Below, in pieces: positions 16,832 to 39,134 of a stretch of 64,000 bases of DNA; within the stretch, counting starts at the first letter, position 1, and each line of letters opens with the position of its first letter. This DNA comes from the human T2T-CHM13v2.0 reference genome, Homo sapiens, in the NCBI RefSeq assembly GCF_009914755.1, contig NC_060925.1; one strand, 5' to 3'. Below the pieces are notes generated by a model. It saw only the letters and a list, made by a program, of their open reading frames with translations. It did no database searches and had not been told where the DNA came from. The translations under genes and the position numbers were made by a program.

Positions 16832-18416
16832 AAGAAATCACTTTCTTAGATCATCCATAAGAAGCAATTTCCTGTCTGTTAAAGTTTTATGAGATTGCAG
16901 CAATTCAGTCACATCTTCAGGCTCCACTTCTAATTTTAGATCTCTTTCTACCACATTGAAATTACTTTCTACACTGAAGTCTTAAACCCCTCAAAGTCAT
17001 CCATGAGGGTTGGAATCAATTTCTTCCAAACTTATGTTAATGTTAATGGTTTGATCTCCTCTCATAAATTATGATTGCTGTTAATGGCATCTAGAATGGT
17101 GAATCCTCTCCAGAATGTTTTCAATTTACTTTGCCCAGGTCCATGTGAGGAATCACTATCTGGCTATACAAAATGTATTTCTTAAATAATAAGGCTTGAA
17201 AGTCAAAATTACTCCTTGACCCATTAACAGCAGAATGGATGTTGTATTCACAGGCATAAAAACAGCACTAATCTTGTACATCTCCTTGGGAGCTTTTGGG
17301 TGACTAGGTGCATTGTCAATGAACAGTATATTTTGAAAGGAATCTTTGTTTCTGAGCAGTAGGTCTCAACAGTAGTCTTAAAATATTCAGCAAACCATGT
17401 AAACAGAGGTGTTGTCATCCAGACTTTGTTGTTCCATTTCTAAAGCACATGCAGAATAGATTTAGCATAATTCTTAAGGCTCCTAAGATTTTCAGAATGG
17501 TAAATGAGCATTGGCTTTAACTTTAATTTACCAGTGGCATTAGCCTCTAATAAGCGAGTCAGACTGTCCTTTGAAGCTTTGATGGCAGGCATTGATATTT
17601 CCTCTTTAGCTTTGAATGTCCCAGATGGCATTTTCTTCCAAAGGAAGGCTATTTTATCTATATTGAAAACCTGTTTTTTATTGTAGCCACCTTCATTAAT
17701 TATCTGAGCTAGATCTTCTGGATAATTCACTGCAGCTTCTACATCAGCACTTGTCGCTTCACCTTGCACTTTTATGTCATGAAGATGACTTATTTCCTTA
17801 AACTTCACAAACCAACCTCTGCTAGCTTCAAACTTTTCTTCTTCAGCTTCCTTACTTTTCTCAGTCTTCATAGTATTGAAGAGAGTTAGGGTCTTGCTCT
17901 GGATTAGTCTTTGGCTTAAGAGAATGTTGTGGCTGGTTTGATCTTCTGTCCAGACCACTACCACTTTCTCCACATTAGCAGTAAGCCTGTTTCACTTTCT
18001 TATCATTCATGTATTCACTGAAGTGGCACTTTTGATTTCCTTCAAGAAATGTTCCTTTGAATTTACAACTTGGCTAACTGTTTGGCACAAGAGGTATAGC
18101 TTTTGGTTGACTCCAGCTTCTGACATGCCTTCCTCACTAAGCTTAACCATTTCTAGCTTTTGATTTAAAGTGGAAGACCCACAAATCTTCCTTTCACTTG
18201 AACACTTAGAGACCATTATAGGGTTATTGATTGGCCTAATTTGTTGTGTCTCAGGGAATAGAGATCCCAAGGAGAGGGAGAGAGGAATGGTCTTTTGGTG
18301 GAACAGGCAGAATATACACAGCATTTATCAAATTAACTTTTCCATCTTATATGGGCATGGTTCATGGCTCCCCAAAACAATTACAATAGTAGTAACATCA
18401 AATATCACTGATCATT

Positions 18417-18713
<297 letters not shown>

Positions 18714-19609
18714 TCACTGATTATAAATAAACATAATAGATAAAACAATAAAGGAAAAGTTTAATATTACCAAAAGTGATACAAAGACATGAGTGAGCAC
18801 ATGCTGTTGGAAAAATGGTGCCAATAGACTTGCTCAACACAGGGTTGCCACAAACCTTCAATGTGTAAAAAATGAAATACCTGTGAAGCACAATAAAGTA
18901 AAGTGCAATAAAATGACACGTGCCTGTATTCTCATCACAAAAAAAGAAAAAAAAAGTGAAGTGATGGGTATCTTTATTCACTTGATTGTGGTAATAATTT
19001 CACAATGTATACATATATTGAAACATCAGTCTGTATATTGAATATATACTACTTGTTTATGTCAATTATAACTCAATAAAACTGAATAAATTGAAAACTC
19101 CAAAGTATCGTAAAAGGGGAGCAGTTATATTTCAACTATTGGAAAGACGGCAGCAGCATATCAGGCAGAGAAAATAGTGGATGTAGGAAAGTCTGACATA
19201 TATTTAGTGAATGAGGAGTGGCCTGGTTTTCTGATCAGGGAAGTAAGTTAAAAACAGTGGTAGAAATAAAAGTGGAAAGGTAGGGTGAGGAGTTTGGACC
19301 TCACTAAGTGGTAACTCTTAAAGATTACCTATGTGAGTAGCAAGGACACAGTTGGTACTTAAGGCATGAGTTAAAAACTCAAATGAGAAAAAAATGTTGG
19401 AGCAACACCACGCAGATAAATCCAATGATGTATTTAAATATGATACAATACAATACACATCTTTAAAATTCCTTCTGGTACTGTAATTGACCTGAAGATA
19501 CATGAAATCGTATGAATTACAACTCAAACTGTCATCCCTCTAACAAAACAGTAAGCCAGACAAAACTGATTTAGCCTATAAGTTGTCCCTTATTCCATAA
19601 TAATGAGAG

Positions 19610-19810
19610 GTAGATACTATTTATTTACTGGACATGCCAAGCTCTTTACCTACATGTATTATTTCACTGACCCTTGTAACAACTGAGTGAGGTATGTGTT
19701 GTCATCCTGTTACACATGAGAAAATTGAGTCTCAGAGAAATTAAACAATTATTTACTCAAGAACACTTTGATAGAAAGTGGCAGAAACCAGATTCAAACC
19801 CCTTCTCTCC
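19610..19810. mobile_element. MIR
   Basis: Core resembling atgagaaaattgagtctcagaga...ggcagaaaccagattcaaaccc. Confidence 0.7.
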
Positions 19811-21114
19811 AGTACTCCATCTTGTATCAACTTGACTGTTTTGCCTACAGAGTATAGTTTTGCTTGAATTCTGTTTAAGAAATCAAATTACTTATGCTAG
19901 TGTTGCTTATTTGATTTACCTCCAAGGCACTTGATTAAGAATCAAATTATATTAATGTTTCTTGTGAATGACAGATATTCATCACATGTTACAAGAATTG
20001 CTTATTCTCTTGAGGTGTTTTTCATTTTTAAAAACACATCCAGGTACATTTTGGGTTCTTGAATCACAGATTAACCATTCAGTCCTCACAATGGGAGATT
20101 GAAGAAATAATCAATGGGTTTCATATGGTTAAAAGAGTATCAGTTTCTTTGCAATAATGTAATACTGTCCTTAATTTACAACTCAATGTCTTTAGCTATC
20201 AATTTTATTTTTCCAACCTTTTAAAATCAAGGTGGTTTCTTTTGCATTTCCTAAGATTCCAGATTGAAAATGTAACAAAATCTCAGACAGCTAACATGTA
20301 TTAAACTTTTCAAAGCACATGAAACAATGCTTTCAAAAATATGTTTTTTGAACTACGCATTAACCTCGTAAGAGGAACATAAAAATATTTCCCATTCAAC
20401 TAATAAGAACTTTAATGTCATTTGGTAGGGATAATACACTAATTTTTGTTTCAGCTTATGCTATGTATTGAAATACATTCTATATTTTTTTCTTGAAAAA
20501 GTGTTTGGAATTGTAATTTTTATTATAAGTAGAAACTTTGTAGAAGAATTTTATACAAACTGGTAAAACTTTGAAATGTAAATTATTTCCTACAATAATT
20601 ACCATAAATATGGGTAAATAGCTCAGAATGTTTCTATATGTAACCACTGAGTAATGTACTTTCAGTATTCCTTGATATAAGTTATGGGAACCATGTAGCT
20701 TCTAATAATATCAAGGCATATGCTATTTTAAGAGATTTTTTAATTTAATTTTTAATACAAAATTTCTCATACTTGAAAACCAAACTTTTTTTTTTAGTCC
20801 TCTCAATGAGCTCTTGGTTTTGAGGAAGAGATATTCTAGGCCAAAGAAAGTCACGTGCAAAAGCGGGGAGATGAATGAGAAACTGATGAACTGTGCAGGA
20901 TGCAAGGAGATTCATTGGTGTGGGAGGCATCGGCTACTGAATGTCAAGACATGAGGTTTGAGCAATAGAGCAGAGCCTATTCAAGAGTGGTTTTATATTC
21001 CAGTATAACGGTTAGATCAACAAAGAGAAATAAACCTCATTGCATTGATTTTTCAAGAAATAGTGATCATTTTATTTTACCCAATCTAGGGACCAGAATC
21101 TAATAGGTAATATA

Positions 21115-21330
21115 GTTGCTAATATTTATTGAGCTCTAAATTCTTTACATGTATTAATTCACATAGCCCTCATAGTATCTTGAAGTAGGTATTATTATTT
21201 TCCCCATTTTACAAATAAAGAAACTAAAACACAAAGAAGTAACTTGCCCAAGGTCAGGAAGCTGGTAAGGTGTGGGGGAAGGATTTGAACCCTGGCAGTG
21301 TGACTCTCGCCTTGTTCTTAATTACTATGC
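21115..21330. mobile_element. MIR
   Basis: ccccattttacaaataaagaaact...aacttgcccaaggtca...ggatttgaaccc. Confidence 0.75.
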
Positions 21331-21534
21331 ACAGCTGAATAGAGACCACCCAAAATGAATTCAAGATATGAGAATATGTGATGATTTTGTTGGAGGTTTG
21401 AATACATATTGAATTCATTTCCTCACATTTGTTAGTAAAATATCCTAGCCTCCTTTTTGTTTTTGAAAACAGTTTTATTGAAGTACAATTGCCATCGAAT
21501 AAACTGACATACTTAACATGTACAAATTCACAAT

Positions 21535-22445
<911 letters not shown>

Positions 22446-25400
22446 GAAAAATGTGTAGAATTTTACAAGTTTTGAAATATATACATACCAGTGAAAGCAT
22501 CACTGTAATTAAGATAATGAACAAAATTCATCAGCCCCAACGGTGTCCCCAAGGCACTGTTCACCCCACTCCCCACCCAGACAAATATTGTTCTGCTTTC
22601 TATCACTATAGATGAGTCTGACTTTTCTGGAGTTTTATGTAAATGTAACTATACATTATATTCTCTTTTTCTGCCTGGATTCTTTCACTGAGCATAATTA
22701 TTCTGGGATTGATCCATGTTGTAATGTTTATCAGTTTTTATTGATGAATAATATTCCATTGTAGAAATATTCCATGGCTGTTTATTCTTTCACCTAGTGG
22801 TGAATATTTGTGTTGCTTCCTTTCAGATTTGGGCGATTGCAAATAGGCTGCTATGAATATTTATGTACAAGGCTTTGTATGAATGTTGAGGAAAAGAAGC
22901 CGCAAAGATAATAAATGTCTTCATTTATATAGGATACAACGTGAGGCAAAATTACTCTATGGTATTAGAAATTACAATACTGGTTATCTTTTGGGAAGTA
23001 TGATATTATTGTATTAGAAATTACAATAGTGGTTATCTTTTGGGAAGTATGATAGTGACTAAAAGGGTGCCTGAAGGGGGGCTGCTTTTGGACTCTGGTA
23101 ATAGCGTGCTTCTTTCTTTTAATTGTATTTTATATCGATGCATAATAGATGTACATATTTTCCGGGTACATGTGATAATTTCATATATTCATATAATTTG
23201 TAAAGATCAAATCAGTATAATTGAGATATTTATAACCTTAAATATTTTTCTTTTGTCTATGCTGGAAACATTCAAATTATTCTTTTCTAGCTATTTGAAA
23301 TATACAATAGATGATTATAAATTATACTCACCCTCCTGATCTATCAAACACTACATCTTATTTCTTCTATCAAACTATATATTTGTACCCATTAATCAAC
23401 CTGTTTCTTCATCTTGATGTCGATTACACAGATAGTCAGTATATGAAAATTCAGTGAGCATATTTTAGATATTTATTATTTTATAGGTATCTTATACATG
23501 GATTAAAAGTGAGGCTGCTGAAATGGTTGTGGCTAGATCTAGATGATTCTCTATACAGTGCCTGACTGGTATGCCTGTTTCTTATTTCAAAGCCTTATTA
23601 CTATTCCACTCATAAACTCCCAGTATCCTCTCTGTCCTTCCTATACCATTGCCTTTATAGCCTGCACTATAATTATTTTTTTAGTTTAGGTCTTTCTTGT
23701 TACACTATAAATTTTCTGCAACAAAAAAAAGAGAATGTCTAACTTTTCAGCTTTGTTTTTATTCTGTGGCATGGTACTTGGTACAGAGTAGATATTCCAT
23801 GGACCCTTAGATGAATACTATAAAGCCTTCTTTGTTGGTTGCTTATGCTTCTGCTCAAAGGTTAGCCTCTGAGTCTTCATTATTTGACTTCTACTAGAGC
23901 CTTCAGTTCTCCTATTGTCTACAAATTATTGACTAGGTTTTGTGATATTGAGAGATTTTCTTCCAATTGTAATGCTTTGTTTTAGCATCATTTTTCCAAT
24001 GATAATAAGTTGTGTTATTGAGTACTTACCATGTACTCTGTTTAAGCACTGTACATCTGCTACCACTCTTTGAAGATGTACAACCCAACAATATTCCCAT
24101 TTTATAAACAGGGAAACTGAGGTACAGAGAAGTAGAATGTCATATCACATTGCTAGTAAGTGACAGAACTCAAATTTGATTCCAGACAATCTGACTTCAG
24201 TACTCATGCTTTTATTCAGTTTAGTCTTTTATGTGTATATATGCTATATCATATCATTATGTTTCCTCACTTCCTTTAGAACTTCAATAAAATATTAGCT
24301 TTTCAGAGTGGCTTTCTTTGGGCACTTTACATGAAGTAGCATCCCTTACAATCTGTCTATAATTCTTACCCTGCTTTATTTTTTTCACAGCACTTACCAC
24401 CATTCTGTATGTTGTATATTTATTTCTACTTCCTTCTTGTACATTTCTCCCCACAATAATGGTATTTCCATGAGGGCAGAGACTTTATCTGTTTTGCTTT
24501 TGACTTTACTCCTATCTCATAGAATAAGGCCTGGGACATAATAGGTGTTTAATAAATATTTGTTGAACGAATGCATGAATGCTTCATAGAATCAATTTAT
24601 GCTACGGCATTGTGGTGCTAAGTACAAAGGGACAGCAAAGGTTTATAAAAAAAATGTTCTAGCAGAATCATTTTCTGCTTATAAACCAAAATGGATCTTT
24701 ATTAGACAGAAACATGGATACCAATACATATTCCATGTAGCACGATTGAACATGCCATGTCAATCTTAATGCAAGGCCATTTTTGAAGAGTCTTTGAAGA
24801 TACAGTGTCATGTGAGTTTTTATTCTGGGGAAACTTCTGGCAAATGGGAGTTGAAAGAGAGTTTCTATATTACTTGCATTTTGTCACTTGCATTTTGGAA
24901 AGATTTCAATGGCTGCTCCGTGCAGAGTGGATTATAGCGGGCACAATGGAAGACATGGTAACCAGTTAACAAAGTTGTAGTGTTAATCCATGGGAGAATT
25001 AACTGAAGCCTTGAACTAGAGCTATAAAGTAGCTATGTAGATGAGAAAGGATGTGTTTCAGAGAGAGTAGAATTCATAGGGCTTGGTGAATAATTCATCA
25101 TGGGGTAAGGAATACCTCCCAGGTTTCTGTTTTAGGGAATATCAACTACATAGACAGAAAATAAGGAAGGTCTGGGGAGATGATGAATTTTGTTTTCAAC
25201 ATAATAAATTGGAAAGGCACATGGTATATTCAAGTGGAGCCAGTCAGTAGACAATAAGAAATTTAGACCTAGAACTTTGCACCTGTGGTTGGAGAGCTAT
25301 ATTTCAAAGTCATCAAATGCCTGAAGTTACATAGGGAGATTATGAAGAATATTGTTCGATTGGATTCATATGTACCACACAATAACTAACTGTGATTTTA

Positions 25401-25626
25401 GCTGAAAAGGACTTTAATGGGAGGACCTTGAATAAATGCAATAATTGATAGCAAGACAAGTTAAACTTAGAAACTAAGCAAAAGCAATTTTAAAAGAACA
25501 CTACAGTGTAATACCATTGCAACAGCACCAAACACTGAATGCCACAGTTTGCACTGGTACTCTGCCAGCGCTGGGCACTGGCCACTGCTACTGCCTCATC
25601 AGCTTGCAGTTTCTGTTGCTATCATC

Positions 25627-25627
<1 letters not shown>

Positions 25628-25665
<38 letters not shown>
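25628..25665 (+). repeat. (CTG)12 pure trinucleotide repeat
   Basis: 12 uninterrupted CTG units plus CT, counted directly. Confidence 0.97.
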
Positions 25666-25666
<1 letters not shown>

Positions 25667-26467
25667 AAATGATAATCAATTCTAAGTGGTCAGGAACTTC
25701 TGTAGATAGTATCTGTGGAGGATAAGAAGCATGTGTCTGACTTGTATCGCCTGAGCGCCCAATTCACTGACACCAGAAAGGATTAAAAGCCAAATATCTG
25801 GTTTCTAAGAGGGTTAAAAGTTGAGACCCATCAAGAAGATACCACCAAATATACTTAGTTAACAACATTAGGTTTATTCATTGCTGCTGCAACAGAGATC
25901 GTATACCATGGAGAACCACGCAGCATCTCAGTAAGAGGGAGTTAGAAGGGACCTAGAGATTATGTTGAAAGTGTTCAAAAAATGGGGATTATCACTTTGG
26001 GATTGGGCATTCTCTGAAAATGGGACATTTGGCTATTGGAGATTTTAGTATTTTTTTATCTGTGAGCAGAAGGAATGGAAAGGAGTTAGAGTTATTGGAG
26101 AAGCAGCAGTAGTCTCTCATATTAGCAGAAGCACAAAGTCTTTGTTTTTATCTCTATTCAGGCATAATTATGAAGTTGTCTTGTTTTTATTTTGTATCAT
26201 TGTGGTCACAAAAAATCGTCAATCATTGATGATGTTTGATGGAATTGTTTATGATCAGCAGGGAAATACCATAGCATAGGTGGTTGTAACCAGACCAGCT
26301 ACCAGCTGTTCGCTGTCAGAGATGCTCTTACCTTTCTGGAGAGGAAACTTTGCCTCCTAACAAGACTCCTGAAGTAGAGAATTGCCAAAATGCCAGATGC
26401 CAGGGAGCCAATAAAAAGAAAAAATTACTAAAGCCTACAATTTCCAACTATTCCATATCACTGTAAC

Positions 26468-27150
26468 TCAGGATTCAGCAAATTGGGTCAGATAGTAAAT
26501 ATTTTCCCCTTTGTGAGCCATCAGGTCTCCACTGTAACTACTCAGTTCTGCCATTGTAAGCACAAATGCAGCCATAGATGATATGTAAACAAATGATCAT
26601 GGCTGTGTTCCAATAAAACGATTGCTATGGTTTCAGTGTGGCCCCTCCAAAATTCAGGTGTTGCCAATGTGGTAGTTTCAACAGGTGGGGCTTTTAAGAG
26701 GTGAGTAGGCTGTAAGGACTGCTCCCTCCTTAATAGGATTAAGCTGTTTTAAAAGCGGCTTCGTGCAGCTCTTCGGCCGTATGAGGACTTAGCCTTCCTC
26801 CCTTCTTGGAGTGTACAACAAGAAGTCCCTCACCGGATGGCAGTGCCTTGATCTTGGACTTCCCAATCTCCAGAACTGTGAGAAAATAAGCTTCTCTTCT
26901 TTATAAATGACCCAGTCCGTGGTATTCTGTTACAGCAGCACAAACAGACTAAATAGCTTTGCTGTAATAAAATTTATTTTATGAACACTGAAATTTGAAA
27001 TGTATATCCTTTTCTCATATAATAAAATATTATTATTTTGTCTTTTTCCAACTATTTAAAAACGTAAAAACCATTCCAAATTTGTAGGCTGTATAAAAAG
27101 AACAGCGGACCAGATTTGGCCTGCAGGCTATCAGCTGCAAACCCTTGCTC
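26468..27150 (+). mobile_element. MER58 (hAT-Charlie) interrupted by a MaLR LTR
   Basis: cagatagtaaatattt...ggctgtgttccaataaaac; resumes after 26955 and ends ccagatttggcctgcaggc. Confidence 0.75.
26623..26955 (+). mobile_element. MST-type MaLR solo LTR
   Basis: tgctatggttt start; ccttgatcttggacttccc...tccagaactgtgaga; ends gcagcacaaacagactaa. Confidence 0.85.
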
Positions 27151-27610
27151 CAACTAATAAACAATATTACTGATAGGAGTCTGTTGCCTGTGAGACGGGT
27201 ATGGAAGAGAGTCAATAGTTTTTATGGGATCACAAGTACACATCATGTGGATTTGGAAGAGAAGTAATCATAATAGAGGTTCCATTTAGTTTTGGTCCTT
27301 ATCATAAAACCCAGAATCTACATCTGTTTTAATAGCTTTTAAATTAAGAAATAGTGATAAACTAACACTTCATTTTTCTTCTTTGTATTCTAGGATAAAC
27401 TTCTTCCCATACATTTTTAAAAATTATTATTTATTGATCAGCTTCAGAGGAGAGCTCTCAGTTGGTTGCATACAAATCAAGAGTGTTGATATTGTTTTCT
27501 TATTTTTGATCTATAAAAATTATGAGTTTTATTGTAGCATACAATATTCTTCTAAGGTGCCAAATCATAATAAATATTCTCCTCAACAATTCTACCTTAA
27601 AAAGCAATTA

Positions 27611-27761
27611 CTGGTTGAGCATCACTAATATGAAAATTCAAAATCCAAATTCTGAAATGCTCCAATGAGCATTTCCTTTGAGCATCACGTTGGCACTCAA
27701 AATATTTCAGATTTTAAAGCATTGTAGGTTTTGGATTTTCACACTAGGGATATGCAACCTG
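27611..27761. mobile_element. Tigger4-type MITE
   Basis: TA-flanked c(t)ggttgagcatc...tatgcaacctg inverted ends; aaatgctccaatgagcatttcctttgagc. Confidence 0.75.
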
Positions 27762-29219
27762 TATTCTAAATTGCATGTTTTTAATCTGAGGAGTCCTCTG
27801 AGATGTATTTAAAATGGCTAGCTTTAATCTCATGACCTCCAAAACTAAATCTACCAGAGAATGACTCCCATGAGAGAACCGAATTCATTTAGCCACTATA
27901 AATAGTTCAATATGCCTGTAAATTACAATGTATACAGTGGTTTTGCAGGCAATAAAACCAGAAAGGTAAGCTGGTGTCAAATTATGAAGTTCCTTGAATG
28001 CAATATTGAGGAATTTAGACTTTTTCTTTAAATAATTGTATTTCTGAGCCCAGAAATGATATGATCAAATTATTTTGGGGTTTACTCTGGTGATGATGTT
28101 ATGGATTGGAAGCAGCTGAAAGTGGAGGCAGGCAGACTAGTGAAGAGGCTGTTACAAATGCCTGGGTTGCCATCATCCAAGAAGTAAGAAGGGCAAAACT
28201 AAAACAGTGGCAGAGGGGATGAAAAGAGAGTACACATTCAAGAGATAATAATGGAAATAGAATACATAGGTGTTTGTAACTAATTGGAGAATGACAGAGA
28301 AAAAAGTTTAGAATAGCTTCCATGTTTCTATTAAAGTCTACTGGGAGCATAGTAGTAATACTCATTAAAATAGCAAATAGAGAAGAGGCAAGTTATTTCT
28401 CCTTGTTTCATTTGAACTCCTCCCTTTTCTTATGGGGGAAGTGGGCTTCCTCATCTAGTTTTGGTGCTAACAGTTGTTCTCCATTCCTAAGAATGAAACC
28501 CTGCTCACAGAGTAAAGTTTCAGCACAGTTTTACCCTGGGAACATGACCTACTGTAGCCTGATAGGGAAATAATTGTCTGAACCAGCCTTCTCCAAGAGC
28601 AAATTGCTCTTGAGAAATAACTATCTCTTCCTTGGCCATTAATGTTAAGAAAACAAAAATCATCTTTGATCTCCTTCATATTGCAGAGAACTTTATTAAA
28701 AAAAACTACATTGCTATTTCTAAAACATGCAAAATACTTTTTACACTTAACTGAATGCTGATGCTAGTGTTATTTTCTTTGCTTGGGATTCCCATTCTAC
28801 CTTCTCCATCTGGTGAACTCATTATCTCTTAAGCCCTAATTCCAGTGTTATCTTATATAAAGCCATCTGTAGATCAAGCCCTGATTACAAGCTCTCATAG
28901 TACTCTGACTTCTGGGTATCATGATTCCCAACTGTAATAAATTAATATATTAATTTCATAATAATTTAATATCTAAATTGTATGATAGAATGTATGCTCC
29001 ATCAGGGCAGGAACTGTGTCTGCTTTGTTAATCCTTGAATTGCTATGACACACATAATAAGACTTCATAATAGCCATTATTATTACTAATTGGGAGCTTT
29101 TATAACTACTCCATTAGGTTGTGAGGACCTGAAGGCAACAGCCACATGTTAATCCCCATCCTTAGCCCAGTGCCTGGAATCTAATACATACTCAAATGAT
29201 GTTTGTTAAATTGATTTTA

Positions 29220-29562
<343 letters not shown>

Positions 29563-30149
29563 GCTTCAATTTTCAGAGACGTTATAAAGTAAAGTATCAG
29601 TATAGTACAAAAGTAAAGAGACTAGATAATCAACTTGTTTTGTCCACATGATAAAAATAATGTGAAGAATCAGACTTTTCTTGCTCTTTGAGCAATTAGC
29701 CAAGTGTTATCACATTGACAAAAAATTAATCTTTATTCAATAAAATTCAAGTTCAGAAACATACTTTTTTATGAGAGTATGTTGAAAAGCAATGGTTGAT
29801 GCAAGATTTGCTTTATGTAACTATAATTACCCATAAGAAATAATGCAATTAGACTTCGTGTCTTTTACAGTTCTTTGATTGAAGTGAGTTTTCATTATGA
29901 GGCACATTTCACAATGGTCTCGTTTAGATTTCTTACCCATTGTTATTTTTATTGTACAGTCCATTATTTCTGATGGTTGTCCTTTTATATTTTATTTCGC
30001 AACTTCCAAATGCCAATTGATAATAGTCATTTTTTTAGCATGATAATCTTTATGACAAATGATAACCATGGCAAAAAGTTATTCCTGGTCAGGGCCAATC
30101 AGAAAGTTATCCTAAGTGAAATTTGTTCTTAAGTTGCCATTGCACCAGA

Positions 30150-31065
30150 GAGCTGGGCAAGATGGTTGAATAGGAACAGCTCCAGTCTGCAGCTCCCAGA
30201 AGAGACCAACACAGAAGGCAGGTGATTTCTGCATTTCCAACTGAGGTACTCAGTTCATCTCACTGGGACTGGTTAGACAGTGGTTGCAGCCCACAGAGGG
30301 CGAGCGGAAGCAGGGTGGGGCATCGCCTCACCTGGGAAGCACAAGGGGTCAGGGAACTCCCTCCCCTAGCCAAGGGAAGCCATGAAGGACTGTGCCGTGA
30401 GGGACGGTGCACTCTGGCCCAGATACTACACCTTTCCCACAGTCTTCACAACCCACAGACCAGTAGATTCCATCAGGTGCCTATACCACATGGGCCCTTA
30501 TAGCACTAAATGGCCACAAGACAAAGTGGGAAAGATTTAAAATCAACACCCTAACATCACAATTAAAAGAACTAGAGAAGCAAGAGCAAACAAATTTAAA
30601 AGCTTGCAGAAGACAAGAAATAATTAGGATAAGAGCAGAATTGAAGGAGATAGAGACACAAAAAACCCTTCAAAAAATCAGTGAATCCAGGAGCTGGTTT
30701 TTTGAAAAGACTAACAAAATAGATCACTAGCCAGACTAATAAAGAAGAAAAGAGAGAAGAATCAAATAGAAACAATAAAAAATGATAAAGGAGAGATCAC
30801 CACTGATCCCACAGAAATACAAACTACCATCAGAGAATACTATAAACACCTCTATGCCAATAAACTAGAAAATTTAGAAGAAATGGATAAATTCCTGGAT
30901 ACGTACACCCTCCCAAGACTAAACCAGGAAGAAGTCAAATCCCTGAATAAACCAATAACAAGCTCTGAAATTGAGGCAATAATTAATAGCCTACCAACCA
31001 AAAAAAGTCCAGGACTAGATAGATTCACAACCAAATTCTACCAGAGGAACTGGTACCATTCCTTC
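30150..31065 (+). mobile_element. Older L1PA fragment: 5' UTR start fused to mid-ORF2
   Basis: caagatggttgaataggaacagctcc 5' end; junction at ~30497; ORF2 peptide [17 protein letters not shown]; ends abruptly with no 3' UTR. Confidence 0.85.
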
Positions 31066-31629
31066 CATATTTATAGACACTATTCACAAATATACCAGCA
31101 ATATAGGTTTTAGCAATCAAATGGTAAGAGAATAATCTCTAGGAATATCTTACATAGAAGGAATAACTGTGTGGAGTCATAAACAAGTTGAGTCTGATGC
31201 TATATTATTTTAAGAAGAAACAACTTACAGAAAAAGAATTTTTGAGTAATTTTTTGGAAGATACAATAAATATTAAAAAAGAAGAATACTAATTTGAAAA
31301 ATGTTAACATATTTAATTCTGAAGTAATTAAAAGTAAAAGAAACAATGCATGTAGAATCACAGACATGGTTTCTGAAAAGAAGAAATTATAAACTTGGAA
31401 ATCACTCTGATATCCACAGAATAATTGATGAAAAAACCATGCAAATGGAAACCTAGAATATTGGAAAGTTAAATGTGGGGAGGAAAAAACATAAAGGATA
31501 CTCTGAATCCTAAATGATTTATAAAAATTTCTTTTTTAGTATTTTGAGTAACATAAAAAATTATGCAAATATATTGCTATATATTTTCTATTTCTTTTTA
31601 ACTTATTTAAATGCACTTTCTCCTGATCT

Positions 31630-32226
31630 TTTTGTTTTTTTACATTTTTAAAAATTTATTTTAGGTTCAGGGGTACATGTGCAGGTTTGTTATATAAGTA
31701 AATTGCATGTCACAGGGGTTTGATGTACAGATTATTTTGTCACCCAGGTAATGAGCATCATACCCAATAAGCAGTTTTTCTATTCTCACCCTCCTCCCAC
31801 ACACAACCCTTGAGTAGGCCCTGGCGTCTGTTTCCTTTTTCTTGTCCATATATACTCAGTATTTAGCTCCCACTTATAACTGAGAATATGCGGTATTTGG
31901 TTTTCTGTGCCTGCATTAATCCACTGAAGATAACACCCTCCATTATGTATAATTACATATGTAACATTCTACATTTACATCATAGAATATTACACAGTTA
32001 TGAAAAAGAACTCAGTTATGTCCTCAATGGTAGACTTTATTCTATCTACCATTGATGGGCATTTAGGTTGATTCCATGTCTAATTCCATGTCTTTACTTT
32101 TGTGAATAGTGCTGTGATGAAAATACACATGCATATGCCTTTATGCTAGAGTAATTTATATTCCTTTGGGTATATATCCAATAATGGGATTGCTGGATCA
32201 AATGGTAATTCTGTTGTAAGTTCTTT
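31630..32226 (-). mobile_element. Older L1PA/PB 3' end (host of L1 #2; resumes 38331-38510)
   Basis: ggttcaggggtacatgtgcaggtttgtta...gtcacccaggta; collinear continuation after the TSD. Confidence 0.8.
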
Positions 32227-38314
<6,088 letters not shown>

Positions 38315-38849
38315 CTGTTGTAAGTTCTTTGAGAAATTGCCAAACTGCTTTCCACAATGACTAATCTAAGTTATTTCCCCATCAACAGTGTTTAAGTGTT
38401 CCCTTTTCTCCACAACCTCACCATCATCTGTGATTTTCTGACTTTTAGTAATAGCCATTCTGACTGGTGTGAGATGGTATCTTATCTGACTGGTTGTTTT
38501 GATTTGCATGCTTCCTCCCTCTTAAATCATGGAGGGAAATCTTCCTCACAATCTCCTCCAGCAGAGTCCTCTTCCTGTCCCAGTGGCCAGAACTAGGTCA
38601 TAAGTTCATGTCCTAGTTGCAAAAGAAATTTGGATGATGACTATATGACATTTCTCATCTCTGATGCAGGGCAGGTTCTGCTGGCAAGTAAGAAAGGTAG
38701 TTGCATGGGAAATAGCCATGGCTACTTTGGCAGATTACTTTTAAAGGTCCTTAGCCTCTAAAGTTTAAATTCTCTGACAGCTTAGTCACGGAGTTATGCC
38801 TATTTGATACACCCGTCAGGGTATCAACAATCTAAGGCCAAACTCTGTA

Positions 38850-39134
38850 AAAGCACGGTTAGACCTCTGCAGATAGAAAATATTTGAAAAAAAAAAAACT
38901 ACAATAATTTTAAAAATACAAGTAAGAAAACAACACAGTATAACAAATCTTTACAAAGCATTTACATTGTATCATGTATTTACATTGTATTAGGTATTTA
39001 AAGCATACAGGAGGATGTGTGTAGGTTAGGTGCAACTACTATGCCATTTTGCAGAAACTAGAGTATCAGTGGATTTTTTATATCCATGAAGGTCATGGAA
39101 CCAATTCCCCCAAGGATACTGAGCAACGATTGTA
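38850..39134. mobile_element. MER2-like (TcMar-Tigger) element
   Basis: gcatttacattgtattaggtat, tacaggaggatgtgtgtaggtta, ggaaccaattccccc. Confidence 0.7.

Noticed and set aside
17440-18324. Domesticated TIGD/CENP-B-like gene
   Set aside because: The transposase is fragmented inside a TIR-bounded, Alu-interrupted Tigger1, i.e. a neutral fossil.
20840-20955. Possible cryptic exon (tattctAG...GAG|GTTTGA)
   Set aside because: There is no polypyrimidine tract, the donor is weak, and there is no LRR-like translation.
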